Shown here: in pieces, positions 29,496 to 39,444 of the stretch
How positions within the stretch are numbered: the stretch's first letter is position 1
Layout of the letters: every line of letters begins with the position of its first letter
Source of the DNA: Polyangiales bacterium
Lineage (GTDB): Bacteria > Myxococcota_A > Polyangia > Polyangiales > Ga0077539
NCBI GenBank assembly: GCA_044229975.1
Contig: JBGARZ010000025.1
Coordinates: 32,001 to 96,000, forward strand
Direction of reading: 5' to 3'
DNA: 64,000 nt
Notes under the pieces: generated by a model
Told to the model about the DNA's origin: nothing
Database searches by the model: none
What the model saw: only the letters and a program-made list of their open reading frames with translations
Made by a program: the position numbers and the translations under genes

Positions 29496-30744
29496 CCGTT
29501 GCAGGCGCCAAGAGGGCTGCCATGGCGCCTTCCTGGGCCTCCTCCTCGCGGTCCTCTTGATCCTCGCGCCTCGCCTCGCGACCGCGCAGGAGACGGTAAC
29601 CCTCGATCGAGCGGGGGTTGTCGCCCTGGCGCGGTTGCGGGCGCCGGGCGTCACGACCGCGACGGTCCGAGTCGGTGAGGCGCGCGCTCTCCATGTTGGT
29701 GCGCGCTCTCTCGCCTCCGAGAACCCGTCCATCACCCTCCGTGCGGGGCCGCGCTTCATCCGGGGCGATGACCCACTGCTCGACGTGAACCTCTCGATCC
29801 TCTGGCCCTTCGACGTCTCGGGGAGCCGCGGTGCGCGCTCGTCCCTGGCGGACGCCGCGACGGAAGCCGCTGAGGCCGAGGTCACGGACGCGCAGCGTCT
29901 CGCCGTGGCACGAGCCCTCGACCTGTGGGTGCGCACCGCGGGCGCGTTGGAGCGGGTGCGCCTAGCCGAGGCGCGAGCTGCGCTCGACGGGGCGCTCGTC
30001 CAGAGCGCGCGCTCGCGGCGCGACGCGGGCTCTGGCAACGACCTCGATGTGGCGCTCACCGTCGTCGAGCAGGCCGACAGCGCCGCACGGGTGCAGGCCG
30101 CGCGGGCGGAGCACGAGGCCCTCCTCGCGACGCTGAGAGGAGAGCTGGGCCTCGCCGCCGAGACAGAGGTCGCGCTCGCGGGCAGCCTGGAGGCGGCCGA
30201 CCCACCTCCTTTGCTGGAGCTCCTCGCACGTTTGCCGCGCCGATCCGACATCGCGGGCGCGGCCCTCGCTGTGCGTGCCGCGCAGGCAGACGCGCGCCTC
30301 CAGAGCCGCCTCGGGGTGCCAGTGCCGCGCCTCTCCCTCCAGGGCGGACGTGAGAACGAGTTCTTCGCCCAGGGGGGCGTGGAGGTGCCGCTGCCGATCT
30401 ACCAACGCAACCAGACGGCCACCGCCGTTGCGGGGGCTCGGGTCGCCACGCGGCAGGCGGAACGGGTCGCCACGCTCGCCCGGGCCGAGGCCGAACTGCG
30501 CGCCGCCTACGCGACCTACCAGGGCTTCCGTGTGGCGCTCGCGACGCTGCGCGCCGCCGACGAGGCTGTAGACCTCGCAGAGCATCTCGCGACCCGCGCG
30601 TACGAGTTGGGGCAGCGCGATCTGGCGAGTGCGCTCGTGGCCCGTCGCACGGCGGCCGAGGCCCGGCTGCGGCGTCTGGAGGTGAGCATCGACCTCGCCC
30701 GCGCTCAGGTCGCCGTCGATCAGGCCGCGGGTCGATCGCCTTGA
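29485..30744 (+). CDS. czcC: TolC-family outer membrane factor (CzcC-like)
   Basis: Signal peptide, helical Ala-rich body, VPLPIYQRNQ, AYELG. Confidence 0.85.
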   Translation: MMADRCRRQEGCHGAFLGLLLAVLLILAPRLATAQETVTLDRAGVVALARLRAPGVTTATVRVGEARALHVGARSLASENPSITLRAGPRFIRGDDPLLDVNLSILWPFDVSGSRGARSSLADAATEAAEAEVTDAQRLAVARALDLWVRTAGALERVRLAEARAALDGALVQSARSRRDAGSGNDLDVALTVVEQADSAARVQAARAEHEALLATLRGELGLAAETEVALAGSLEAADPPPLLELLARLPRRSDIAGAALAVRAAQADARLQSRLGVPVPRLSLQGGRENEFFAQGGVEVPLPIYQRNQTATAVAGARVATRQAERVATLARAEAELRAAYATYQGFRVALATLRAADEAVDLAEHLATRAYELGQRDLASALVARRTAAEARLRRLEVSIDLARAQVAVDQAAGRSP

Positions 30745-31922
30745 CCGCCGGCCAACCGGTCGGCTCTCGCCCGACGCTTCGCCGAGCGTTGGCGCGCGCG
30801 TCGCTCGTGACGCTCTTGTGCGCCTGCGAGGGAACTCCTCCCTCTCACGACGACCCCCGCGTCTCGTTCCGGGCGGCGATCATGGGCGCGCCTGGCGGCT
30901 CATTTCTCAGCGTCTGGGGGGACCCGCGCGAGCGTCGCGCGTTCCTGGCAGGCGGTTTCGTCGGGGTCGATCCCGCGCTCGTGCGTGGTGGCGCGGCGGG
31001 TCGCCTCGTCGAGTATCGCTGGCCAGGTCGGTTCATCACCCGCTGCACGACCGACCGCGCGCTCTGGTGGGTGTCGGGTGTCGAGGACGCGACGGGCGCG
31101 CTCATCCTGTGGGCGGTCGGCGACGGCGGGCGCGTGCTGCGGATGCAAGACGACCGGTGCGAGCTCTTGGCGACGGGGCTCCCCGTGGCCGATGTGGAGC
31201 CGACGTACTGGGGCGTCCTCGCGCGGGCGCCGGATGACGTGTGGATCGTGGGAGGCTCCGTCCGACCGGACGGTCCCCACGGCATCCTGCTGCACGGCGA
31301 TGGATCCTCCTGGCGACAGGAGCGGCTCCCCGAAGCAGCTCGCGCGCAGAACCTCTACAAGATCGCGGCGGACGGGGACACGCTCTACGCCGTGGGCTCC
31401 GGCGGGTTGGTCCTTCGACGCAACGTCGGCACTGGCGAGTGGGAGCGGCTCGACGTCGTGCTCCCCACCAGCGACGACCGCCTCTTTACGGTCTCGTGTG
31501 CGGGCGGGGCATGTTTCGCGGTCGGTGGCAGCAACGCGGGCCTCGTACTGACCGGCGGCGACAGGGGCTGGAGCGCCCTCGCGTCGGTGGGCGACGCGTC
31601 GCTCGACGTCCTGCCTGGGCTGAGCGGCGTGTGGGCACGCGGGGCGGACGACGTGCTCCTGGTGGGCGCCAACGGCGCCACGTTGCACTTCGGTGGCGGA
31701 GGCATCCGTGGGCCCGCCCGCTCGCTCACGGCGGCGACCCTCCACGGGGTGGGCGGGTTCGGTGAGGTGGCGCTCGCCGTAGGTGGTGAGCTCTCCAACG
31801 CGACGGTGTCGCAGCGCGGGGTGATCCTGGTGCTGGGCGACCCCGAGCCCGACATCACGCTCGACGGCAGGCTCTACACGACGGGCGCGGTGCAGGGATC
31901 GCGACCAGGCGGTGGGCAGTAG
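30741..31922 (+). CDS. Putative lipoprotein with WG/AVG repeats (beta-propeller-like)
   Basis: LCAC lipobox; repeated SVWG, WAVGDGG, WIVGG, YAVGSGG, GVWA; TTGA overlap with czcC. Confidence 0.7.
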   Translation: MTAGQPVGSRPTLRRALARASLVTLLCACEGTPPSHDDPRVSFRAAIMGAPGGSFLSVWGDPRERRAFLAGGFVGVDPALVRGGAAGRLVEYRWPGRFITRCTTDRALWWVSGVEDATGALILWAVGDGGRVLRMQDDRCELLATGLPVADVEPTYWGVLARAPDDVWIVGGSVRPDGPHGILLHGDGSSWRQERLPEAARAQNLYKIAADGDTLYAVGSGGLVLRRNVGTGEWERLDVVLPTSDDRLFTVSCAGGACFAVGGSNAGLVLTGGDRGWSALASVGDASLDVLPGLSGVWARGADDVLLVGANGATLHFGGGGIRGPARSLTAATLHGVGGFGEVALAVGGELSNATVSQRGVILVLGDPEPDITLDGRLYTTGAVQGSRPGGGQ

Positions 31923-32037
31923 GGCGTCTGCGGGACGCTTCTGTGAGGGGCCTGCGTCGTCGCGCGCCTATGACCGGGCCGCTGCATTGCGCAGATCCGA
32001 TCGACATCATCCCCGCGTAGCATCCCGGTGCTTCCCC

Positions 32038-32640
32038 ATGACCCACCCCATTGAGGCGATCAGCACTGCGGCCGCGGTGTTCACGTCGAGCAACCTGGAC
32101 GACATCTTTCTTCTCGTGGCGCTCTTCTCCGACCCGAAGCTGCGCCCGCGACAGGTCGTGCTCGGTCAGTACCTCGGGATCGCCCTGCTCTTCGTCGGAT
32201 CCACTGTCTGCGCGCTCGCGGCGCTGGCGGTGCCAGAGGCGTGGCTCGGCCTGCTGGGGATCGGTCCGCTGTGGCTCGGCGTGTCGCGGCTGCGAGCGCT
32301 CTGGCGCAACGAGAACGAAGAGACGGCCTCCGCAGAACCGAGCTCGCGCTGGGCACAGCTCCCGGCACTGGCGGTCGCGACGCTCACGGTGGCCAACGGC
32401 GGCGACAACCTGGGCATCTACATCCCGGTGTTCGCGACACGTCCGCGACAGCTCCCGATCTTCGCCGTCGTTTTCGCCGCCCTCGTTGGTGTCTGGTGCG
32501 CGCTGGCGTACGGGCTCACGCGCCACCCCCGCATTGGCAAGCACATCCAGCGGTACGGTCGCGCGGCGCTCCCGTTCGTGCTCATCGCCCTCGGACTGTG
32601 GATTCTGTCGCGCTCCTTGCCGCTGCTGCGCGGTCACTGA
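32038..32640 (+). CDS. cadD: Cadmium resistance transporter CadD family
   Basis: FTSSNLDDIFLL, GQYLG, VANGGDNLGIYIP. Confidence 0.9.
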   Translation: MTHPIEAISTAAAVFTSSNLDDIFLLVALFSDPKLRPRQVVLGQYLGIALLFVGSTVCALAALAVPEAWLGLLGIGPLWLGVSRLRALWRNENEETASAEPSSRWAQLPALAVATLTVANGGDNLGIYIPVFATRPRQLPIFAVVFAALVGVWCALAYGLTRHPRIGKHIQRYGRAALPFVLIALGLWILSRSLPLLRGH

Positions 32641-32762
32641 ACGCATTCCTCAAGGCGGCGCTCGCAGTCGCTCGACGCGCGGCCTGGGGGTGTCTTCACC
32701 GGCGAAGTGAGAGCCCCCAGCCGAGGTTGTTCGTGCGACTGGCCGCGTGATACGTCAGCCAC

Positions 32763-32948
32763 ATGACCCAATGGCTTGGATATCTCGGCGCCGTCGCACT
32801 GGTCTGTGCGGGCGTCGGCTTCAACGCTCCGACGGCCCCGGCCGAACCGGTGGTCGTTCCTGTCGTCGCCGTCGCTGTGCCGGAGCCTGTGGCCCCGCCC
32901 GCGGCGCCGCCCGCAGCGAATCCGCAGGCTCCGCCCAGCGGCGGTTGA
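32763..32948 (+). CDS. Small secreted Pro/Ala-rich hypothetical protein
   Basis: Hydrophobic N-terminus followed by low-complexity PA/V sequence. Confidence 0.35.
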   Translation: MTQWLGYLGAVALVCAGVGFNAPTAPAEPVVVPVVAVAVPEPVAPPAAPPAANPQAPPSGG

Positions 32949-33275
32949 GGTCACTGACGGGCTCCGGTCGGAGCCCACCAACCTAGCGAAGGCCGATGGC
33001 GGACAGCATGGTCCGCGCGGACTCGCTCCCCGTGTCGAGCGGCAGCGCTCGGCGGACGGTGTCGTCCGCCTTGTGGATGTCCTTCCCGCGGAGCGCCGTC
33101 TACGACGTTGCGACGCGCGAGGTCGGCGTCTGATCGACCCGGCGGGAGGAGCAGAACAAGAAGTCCTGCTGGGTGTGGAAGGGAGTCGTGTGCGTCTCCG
33201 AGACGCAGCGCACCCGCATGAACCCGCGATGCCGTTCCGACGGGCAACGCAGTTCCGTGTTCGGGTCGTTGGCCT

Positions 33276-34418
33276 CTATCGCGAAGAGGCAAGCCGCCAC
33301 GACCGCGCGAGGGCGTCTGCCGCGCGGGCGACGTCGTCGCCGGTCGTGCGACGCCCCAAGGTGAGGCGCACCGAGCCGAGCGCTTCGGCGGGTGACACCC
33401 CCATCGCGAGGATCACCGCGGACGCGAGGGCACCGCCCTCGTGGCAGGCGGAGCCCGTGGACGCGGCCACTTCGGGCGCCCCGGCGAGCACGGCGTCTCC
33501 CTGAGCCTTCGGGAAGCGGACGTTGAGGGTGTTGGGCAGACGCTGCTCGCGGTGGCCGTTGAGCGCGACGCCGGGGACGGCGGCCACGAGATGGCTCCAG
33601 AGCTCGTCGCGGAGCGCGCGGACGCGACGTGCCTCGCGGTCGAGGTCCTCCGCGACGTGCGCGCACGCGGCGCCGAGGCCGACGATCGAGGCGACGTTCT
33701 CGGTGCCGGGACGAAGGCCGCGCTCGTGTCCTGCGCCGAGCCCGAACGGCGCCAGCGGCGTGCCGCGCCTCACGTAGAGCGCACCGACTCCCTTCGGCGC
33801 GTAGAGCTTGTGGCCCGCGAGGGAGAGGAGATCGACGCCCAGCTCGCGCACCTTCACCGGAACCTTCCCGATCGACTGCGCCGCGTCGGTGTGGGTGACG
33901 GCGCCCGCCGCGCGGGCCAGCTCCACCAGCTCGGCGACGGGCTGCAAGACGCCGGTCTCGTTGTTCGAGTGCATGACGGTGACGAGGGCGGTGCGGTCAT
34001 TGATCGCCGCGCGGGTCTCGTCCACGCGGGCCCGACCGCCGTCGTCTACGCCGACGCGAGTGACGGCCCAGCCGTGACGCGCGAGCCAGGCGCAGGGACG
34101 CTCGGTCGCCGGGTGCTCGATCGCCGTCGTGACGATGTGGCGGCGTTCTTCCCGGGCCTCCGCGACGCCGCGGATGGCGAGGTTGTTCGCCTCCGTGCCG
34201 CCCGAGGTGAACACGACCTCGTCGTCGTCGCATCCCAGGAGGTCCGCCACCTGATGCCGGGCTCGATCGACCCCGTCGCGCGCGCGCACGCCGTAGGGGT
34301 GGGCGCTCGACGGGTTGCCGAAGTGCTCGCGCAGGTACGGCAGCATCGCTTCGACGACCTCCAGCAGGATCGGCGTTGTGGCGTTGTAATCGAGGTAGAT
34401 GGGGCAGTCGTTGTTCAT
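33276..34418 (-). CDS. Cysteine desulfurase (NifS/IscS-like)
   Basis: YLDYNATTP, FGNPSS, TSGGTEANN, HTDAAQ, GHK, STGSACH. Confidence 0.92.
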   Translation of the reverse strand: MNNDCPIYLDYNATTPILLEVVEAMLPYLREHFGNPSSAHPYGVRARDGVDRARHQVADLLGCDDDEVVFTSGGTEANNLAIRGVAEAREERRHIVTTAIEHPATERPCAWLARHGWAVTRVGVDDGGRARVDETRAAINDRTALVTVMHSNNETGVLQPVAELVELARAAGAVTHTDAAQSIGKVPVKVRELGVDLLSLAGHKLYAPKGVGALYVRRGTPLAPFGLGAGHERGLRPGTENVASIVGLGAACAHVAEDLDREARRVRALRDELWSHLVAAVPGVALNGHREQRLPNTLNVRFPKAQGDAVLAGAPEVAASTGSACHEGGALASAVILAMGVSPAEALGSVRLTLGRRTTGDDVARAADALARSWRLASSR

Positions 34419-34741
34419 GTTCGCTCCGCGCGGGACAAGCACCGCGCGTGATGCCAGCCCGTAGCGCGCGCCGCCGCCACGAGCGCGAGACCGACGCCCG
34501 TGTTCCCCGCGGTCGCTTCGATCAGGGTCATGCCGGCTCGGAGCACCCCGCGCGCCTCCGCGTCCTCGACGACGGACAGGGCGATGCGGTCCTTGATGGA
34601 GCCGCCAGGGTTCAGGTGCTCGCACTTCACCAGCACCGGGACTGGGAGGCCGCGCGCGATTCGCGCCAGGGGCACGAAGGGGGTGCGGCCGATGTGCTGC
34701 AACACGTCCGTTCGCTCCTTCGTCACGGCCTCCTCTGTCAC
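34415..34741 (-). pseudogene. Truncated cysteine synthase/cystathionine beta-synthase (N-terminal third)
   Basis: IGRTP, KCEHLNPGGSIKDR, IEATAGNTG; similarity ends after LVAAAR and only 108 aa remain. Confidence 0.8.
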
Positions 34742-34769
34742 TCTGCCGATGATCTATGCGGCGCGACGA

Positions 34770-36053
34770 TCATCCCGGCGCGGGTCCGTCGGCACCGGCC
34801 ACCGACAGGGCGCCCGGCGCGCCGCTGGGCCGCAACGTCTCGCGCATCCTCACGACTACGACGACACCGGAGGCGAAGGTGAGCGCCGCGACGAGCCACA
34901 TCGCCGCGGGCAGGCCGAACGCGTCCGCCGTCACGCCCGCGAGCAGTGCACCGATCGCGTAGCCGAGGTCGCGCCAGAGCCGATACACGCCGACCGACGA
35001 CGCGCGCCACGAGGGGTGGGCCACGTCGCCGATCGCGGCCAGCAGCGTCGGGTAGACCATCGCGGTCCCGACGCCGAGCAGCGCGGCGCCCGCCACGAAG
35101 CCCCCGAAGCTGCGCGCGAGCACCACCGCGCCGATCCCGACGGCCTGCACCCACATGCCCGCGGCGATGAGCCACTTCCGGCCGACGCGGTCAGACCACG
35201 CGCCCGTGAAGAGCTGGGCGACGCCCCAGGTCGCCGGGTAGACCGCGGCGAGGGTGCCGACCTGGCGGAGGTCCATCCGGGCAGCGGTGAAGAACAGCGG
35301 GAAGAGGCCCCACGCCATGCCGTCGTTGAGGTTGTTGACGAGGCCCGCCTGGCTGACGCTGGAGAGGTCCCGGTCGGTGAGGGTCGTGCGCCAGAAGACC
35401 TCGCGCGGGGTGAGAGCCCCGCCGGGGTCGAGCGCGCCGTGGAGCTTCGTCTCCGCCGCGACGTGGTGCCTCGTCTCCCGAACGACGAAGGCCGAGAGCA
35501 ACAGCCCGACCGCGACGAAGACGACCCCCAGGTAGAAGGGCTCGGGGCGCAGGCCGTAGCGCGCGGCGAGGAGGCCCGTGGCGAGGGCGCTGGCCGCCAC
35601 CGCGAAGTAGCCCGCGAACTCGTTGAACCCCATCGCGAGGCCGCGCTTCTGCGGGCCGGCGAGGTCGATCTTCATGATGACGGTGGTGGACCACGTCAGG
35701 CCCTGGCTCACGCCGAGGAGGGCGTTGGCGAAGAGCACCCACGACCAGCTCGGTGCCCACATCAGCAGGAAGGGCACCGGGGCTGCGACGAGCCAGCCCC
35801 CCACCAGGACGTGCTTGCGCCCGACGCGGTCGGACAGGCGCCCGGCGAGGTAGTTGGTGAGCGCCTTGGTCACGCCGAACACGACGATGAACGACAGCAC
35901 CGCCGAGCGCGCCGCGAGGTGGAACTCCCGCTCCGCGATCGGCGGCAGGATCGTGCGCTCCATGCCGACCATCGCGCCCACGAAGGCGTTGACCACCACC
36001 AGGAGCGAGAACTGGCCGAGGTTCTCCCGCAGGCCGAGACGCGGCTCGATCAC
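34770..36053 (-). CDS. MFS transporter
   Basis: GRLSDRVGRK and GAWSDRVGRK motif A; about 12 TM. Confidence 0.92.
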   Translation of the reverse strand: MIEPRLGLRENLGQFSLLVVVNAFVGAMVGMERTILPPIAEREFHLAARSAVLSFIVVFGVTKALTNYLAGRLSDRVGRKHVLVGGWLVAAPVPFLLMWAPSWSWVLFANALLGVSQGLTWSTTVIMKIDLAGPQKRGLAMGFNEFAGYFAVAASALATGLLAARYGLRPEPFYLGVVFVAVGLLLSAFVVRETRHHVAAETKLHGALDPGGALTPREVFWRTTLTDRDLSSVSQAGLVNNLNDGMAWGLFPLFFTAARMDLRQVGTLAAVYPATWGVAQLFTGAWSDRVGRKWLIAAGMWVQAVGIGAVVLARSFGGFVAGAALLGVGTAMVYPTLLAAIGDVAHPSWRASSVGVYRLWRDLGYAIGALLAGVTADAFGLPAAMWLVAALTFASGVVVVVRMRETLRPSGAPGALSVAGADGPAPG

Positions 36054-36790
36054 GGGCCCGCCGCTGCGCGGCCGCGGTTCACGAGGAGCATCGCCTCCAT
36101 GTCGGCGGGCTTCGGGGGGACGTCGGCGAGCGCGGCGACGAAGTCTTCCTTCGAGCGGGTGAGCAGTGGGTTCCAGCGGCGCTCGAAGGCGAGTGTGCTG
36201 GACGGCTTGCCGCTCATCCCGGCCCCGCAGGGCGATCCCGCGAAGTGACCCGGATAGACCTCCAGATCGGGCGGGAGGGTGAGGATCTTGGCGTGGAGGC
36301 TGTCATACAACTCGCTGGCGCTCTCTCTCGCGCGTCCGGGAAGGTCGGGGCGGCCCACGGCGCCGACGAAGAGCGTGTCGCCCGTGAGGACGAACCACGG
36401 GTCGGGTCCCCGTCGCAGGTCGCTCACGACAAGACAGACGCTCTCGGGGGTGTGCCCTGGGGTGTGGAGCACCGTCAGCCGCACGTTGCCGAGCGCGACC
36501 TCCTGACCGTCGTGGAGCGGTTCGAAGGGCAGCGCGACGTCGGCAGACTCGTGCAGGCAGTAGAGCGCGCCGACCGCGCGGGCGAGCGCGGGGCCACCCG
36601 AGCGGTGGTCGGCGTGGACGTGGGTGTCGATGACGTGGGTGATGCGCATCCCCTTGGACGCGGCGAACGCCACGTAAGAGTCCACCTCGGGCTCGCGCGC
36701 ATCGACGACGGCGCACAACCCGAGGCCTCCGCAGCCGAGGAGGTACGCCGCGCAGCCGGTCTCGAAGGCGTAGAACGGCTTGAAGATCAC
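36050..36790 (-). CDS. MBL-fold hydrolase/persulfide dioxygenase-like protein
   Basis: THVHADH, TPGHT, TGDTLFVGAVGRPDL, YPGH..GSPCG. Confidence 0.88.
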   Translation of the reverse strand: MIFKPFYAFETGCAAYLLGCGGLGLCAVVDAREPEVDSYVAFAASKGMRITHVIDTHVHADHRSGGPALARAVGALYCLHESADVALPFEPLHDGQEVALGNVRLTVLHTPGHTPESVCLVVSDLRRGPDPWFVLTGDTLFVGAVGRPDLPGRARESASELYDSLHAKILTLPPDLEVYPGHFAGSPCGAGMSGKPSSTLAFERRWNPLLTRSKEDFVAALADVPPKPADMEAMLLVNRGRAAAGP

Positions 36791-37473
36791 GCGCGCTTCC
36801 CTTCACGGACGACCGCGACGCGCCAGCCCCGCGCGCGCCAGTCGGGGACGCCGAGTTCCATGCGTTGGGCGTTGAAGCCCTTCTTGCGGAGCAGCTCGAC
36901 CGCCTCGACGGCCATCACGCAGTACGGGCCGCGGCAGTAGGCGACGACCTCCCGATCGCCTGGCAGCTCCTTGAGGCGGGCCTTGAGTTCGTCGACGGGG
37001 ATCGAGACCGCGCCCGGGATGTGGCCGGCCCGGAACTCCTCGGCGGGCCGAACGTCGAGGATCGTGACCTCGCCACGACGGACGCGGCGGAGGAGCTCGT
37101 CGCCCCCGACCGCCTCAGCAGCCCCCCTCCCCGCGAAGTAGTCGCGGGTCGCCTTCTGCACCTCGGCGAGCCGCGACTCGGCGAGGCCGCGCAGCGAGAC
37201 GACGAAGTTGCCCACCGCGTCGTCGGCGAGGCGGTACTCGACGTAGTGGCCCTTCTTGCGGGTCTCGACGAGCCGGGCCGCCCGCAGCACCTGGAGGTGC
37301 TGAGAGGCGTTGGCCACCGAGAGCGCCGCCTGCTCGGCGAGCGCTTCGACGGTGCGCGGGCCCTGGCCGAGGAGGTCGAGCAGCTCGACCCGCTTGGGCG
37401 CCGCGACAGCCTTCCCGATCCGGGCGAACTGCTCGTAGAGGCCGTCCTTGAAGAGCCGGTGCGGGGTCGTCAT
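36787..37473 (-). CDS. ArsR-rhodanese fusion regulator
   Basis: wHTH (ANASQHLQVL) plus rhodanese (DVRPAEEF, GHIPGA, YCRGPYC). Confidence 0.92.
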   Translation of the reverse strand: MTTPHRLFKDGLYEQFARIGKAVAAPKRVELLDLLGQGPRTVEALAEQAALSVANASQHLQVLRAARLVETRKKGHYVEYRLADDAVGNFVVSLRGLAESRLAEVQKATRDYFAGRGAAEAVGGDELLRRVRRGEVTILDVRPAEEFRAGHIPGAVSIPVDELKARLKELPGDREVVAYCRGPYCVMAVEAVELLRKKGFNAQRMELGVPDWRARGWRVAVVREGKRA

Positions 37474-37482
37474 CGGTCGTCA

Positions 37483-37504
37483 TATTCAAGTGTTCGCTTG
37501 AATA
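37483..37504. promoter_or_regulatory. Perfect palindromic operator for the ArsR-rhodanese regulator
   Basis: TATTCAAG-N6-CTTGAATA about 10 nt upstream of the start. Confidence 0.78.
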
Positions 37505-37625
37505 GTCAAACGTTGGGAGTGGACCATCGCGGCGCTCACAGCTCGTGGGACAGTGCCAGCGGTCGCTCAACGGCCTCACTGGTGTCTCCAGCGACGGTGA
37601 GTCTGGGGGAGCTCGAAGCGGACTG

Positions 37626-37676
37626 TTGACCAGCGCCTTTGGTTAGTGTGTGCTTACGGTTAGTCATGGCTAACGG
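37626..37676 (+). promoter_or_regulatory. Promoter/operator of the ArsR-SRPBCC operon
   Basis: TTGACC -35, then tandem GTTAG...CTTAC and GTTAG...CTAAC palindromes overlapping the start. Confidence 0.5.
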
Positions 37677-37983
37677 AGAGCAGGTCCTCGATGCGCTCGG
37701 CAATGGAACCCGGCGGGCCGTGCTCAGACGGTTGCAGCACGGGGCCCGCTCGGTGGGGGAGATCGCCGAGGGTCTGAACGTGACGCGCCCAGCGGTCTCG
37801 CAGCACCTCCGTGTGCTCAAGGCGGCGGGCCTCGTGACGGACCGGGCGGAGGGGACGCGGCGCCTCTACTCGGTCGATCGGCAGGGGCTCGAAGCCGTGC
37901 GCAAGTGGATCGACGGGCTGTGGGACGAGGCGTTGGTGGCGTTCGCAGAGGCCGCCGAGCGCGAGGCAGACAAGGAGAACTGA
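37666..37983 (+). CDS. ArsR-family regulator
   Basis: ALGNGTRR, SVGEIA, AVSQHLRVL, GTRRLY. Confidence 0.88.
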   Translation: MANGEQVLDALGNGTRRAVLRRLQHGARSVGEIAEGLNVTRPAVSQHLRVLKAAGLVTDRAEGTRRLYSVDRQGLEAVRKWIDGLWDEALVAFAEAAEREADKEN

Positions 37984-37988
37984 GGACG

Positions 37989-38492
37989 ATGACCGGACAA
38001 GCGAAGACGTTGGAGTCGGACCCGAACAGCGTGCGGAAGGTGATCCAGGTCCGGGCGCCGCTCTCGGTCGCCTGGCGGGTCTTCACCGAGCGCCTCGGGA
38101 CGTGGTGGCCGCTGGCGCACTACAAGATCGGCAAGACGCGGGCGATCGACGCGGTGCTCGAACCGCGCGTCGGGGGCCGCTGGTACGAGCGCGGCGAGGA
38201 CGGGAGCACCTGCGAGTGGGGCACGGTGCTCGCGTGGGAGCCGCCCGCGCGCCTCGTGCTCTCCTGGGACATCACCGCGGACTGGCAGTACGACCCGGAG
38301 CTCAAGACCGAGATCGAGGTGCGCTTCGTCGCCGAGGGCGATCGGAGCACCCGCGTCGAACTGGAGCACCGGCGCCTCGACCGCTTCGGCGCGCGCCGCG
38401 AGGAGATGCGGCGCGTCTTCGACAAGGAAGGCGATTGGGGACGTCTCCTGGAGGGCTTCGCGGCCGCGGCCGAGGGCGGAGGCGACGCGTGA
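37989..38492 (+). CDS. SRPBCC/AHSA1-like ligand-binding protein
   Basis: AWRVFTE, GGRWYE, WEPPARLVLSW, TRVELEH, GW. Confidence 0.88.
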   Translation: MTGQAKTLESDPNSVRKVIQVRAPLSVAWRVFTERLGTWWPLAHYKIGKTRAIDAVLEPRVGGRWYERGEDGSTCEWGTVLAWEPPARLVLSWDITADWQYDPELKTEIEVRFVAEGDRSTRVELEHRRLDRFGARREEMRRVFDKEGDWGRLLEGFAAAAEGGGDA

Positions 38493-38794
38493 GCGACATC
38501 CGAAACGCCCTCAAGACGCTGATCGCTCGCGTCGTGGAAGGCGACGGCCGCGCCTCGCACGCCCAGCGGCGTGGCGCGTTCGATCGCACGCTCGCCGCCG
38601 AACCGTTGCGAACGCTCGTCGGCAAGGTGGCCGAGCACGCCGACCGGGTGACCGACGAGGACATCGCGGCAGCGAAGGCGGCCGGACACACGGAGGACCA
38701 GATCTTCGAGGTCGTCGTGTGCGCGGCCATCGGGCAGGCGTCCCGCGAGCACGAAGCCGCGCTCAAGGCGCTCGCGGCCGCTGGAGGATCGTGA
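38489..38794 (+). CDS. Small AhpD/CMD-like helical protein
   Basis: VTDEDIAAAKAAGHTEDQIFEVVVCAA; GTGA overlap with the upstream gene. Confidence 0.65.
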   Translation: MSDIRNALKTLIARVVEGDGRASHAQRRGAFDRTLAAEPLRTLVGKVAEHADRVTDEDIAAAKAAGHTEDQIFEVVVCAAIGQASREHEAALKALAAAGGS

Positions 38795-38796
38795 CG

Positions 38797-39378
38797 ATGC
38801 GACTCTCGATCCTCGACGCGGGGCACGGCTCCGGCACGAAGGCCCTCTTCGCGATGATCCGCACGTTCTCTCGCCAGCCCGTGCTCGACGTCATCAAGCT
38901 GGTGAAGTACCGGGCCGAATTCTACGGCGATCCCGCGAGCGCCGTGACCCACGAAGCGATGCGCGGACCCTCCGCGTGGACGGTCGGCGACCGCGAGCTC
39001 ATGGCGGCGGTGGTCGCTCAGGCGAACGAGTGCGAGTGGTGTACGAAGGCCCACTCCGCCGTCGCGGAGGGCGCCTATCGCGACCGCACGAAGGTCACCG
39101 CGGTGCTCTCTGACCTCGACTCGGCCCCCGTCGGAGAGCCGCTCCGGGCGACGCTGCGCATGCTGCGCAAGCTGACGAAGGAGCACTCGGTCGATGCGGA
39201 CGACATGCGTGCGGTCCTGGCTGCGGGCGCAACTCGCGAACAGATCGAGGAAGCGCTCGCGGTCTCCTTCGCGTTCGGCACCACCACCCGCCTGGCCAAC
39301 GCATTCAGGTTCGACGTGCCCGGTCCCGACGCCTTCGCGGCCGGGGCGAAGTACCTGCTGGCACGCGGCTATCGCTGA
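38797..39378 (+). CDS. Carboxymuconolactone decarboxylase/AhpD-like protein
   Basis: RELMAAVVAQANECEWCTKAH (ExxxxCxxCxxH-type core). Confidence 0.85.
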   Translation: MRLSILDAGHGSGTKALFAMIRTFSRQPVLDVIKLVKYRAEFYGDPASAVTHEAMRGPSAWTVGDRELMAAVVAQANECEWCTKAHSAVAEGAYRDRTKVTAVLSDLDSAPVGEPLRATLRMLRKLTKEHSVDADDMRAVLAAGATREQIEEALAVSFAFGTTTRLANAFRFDVPGPDAFAAGAKYLLARGYR

Positions 39379-39444
39379 GGCGCGGCCAGGTTGGTGGGCT
39401 ACAATTCTCGCGCCGGTGCTCGGCGTTGCTGGCAAGGTGAAGGC

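Noticed and set aside
32951..33275. Short minus-strand ORFs after the desulfurase, one faintly TPR-like
   Set aside because: No recognisable motif, RBS or consistent frame; possibly a remnant but unsupported
33276..34625. Cysteine synthase-desulfurase fusion by programmed frameshift
   Set aside because: Most of the synthase is missing and no slippery site is evident; a deletion scar is simpler
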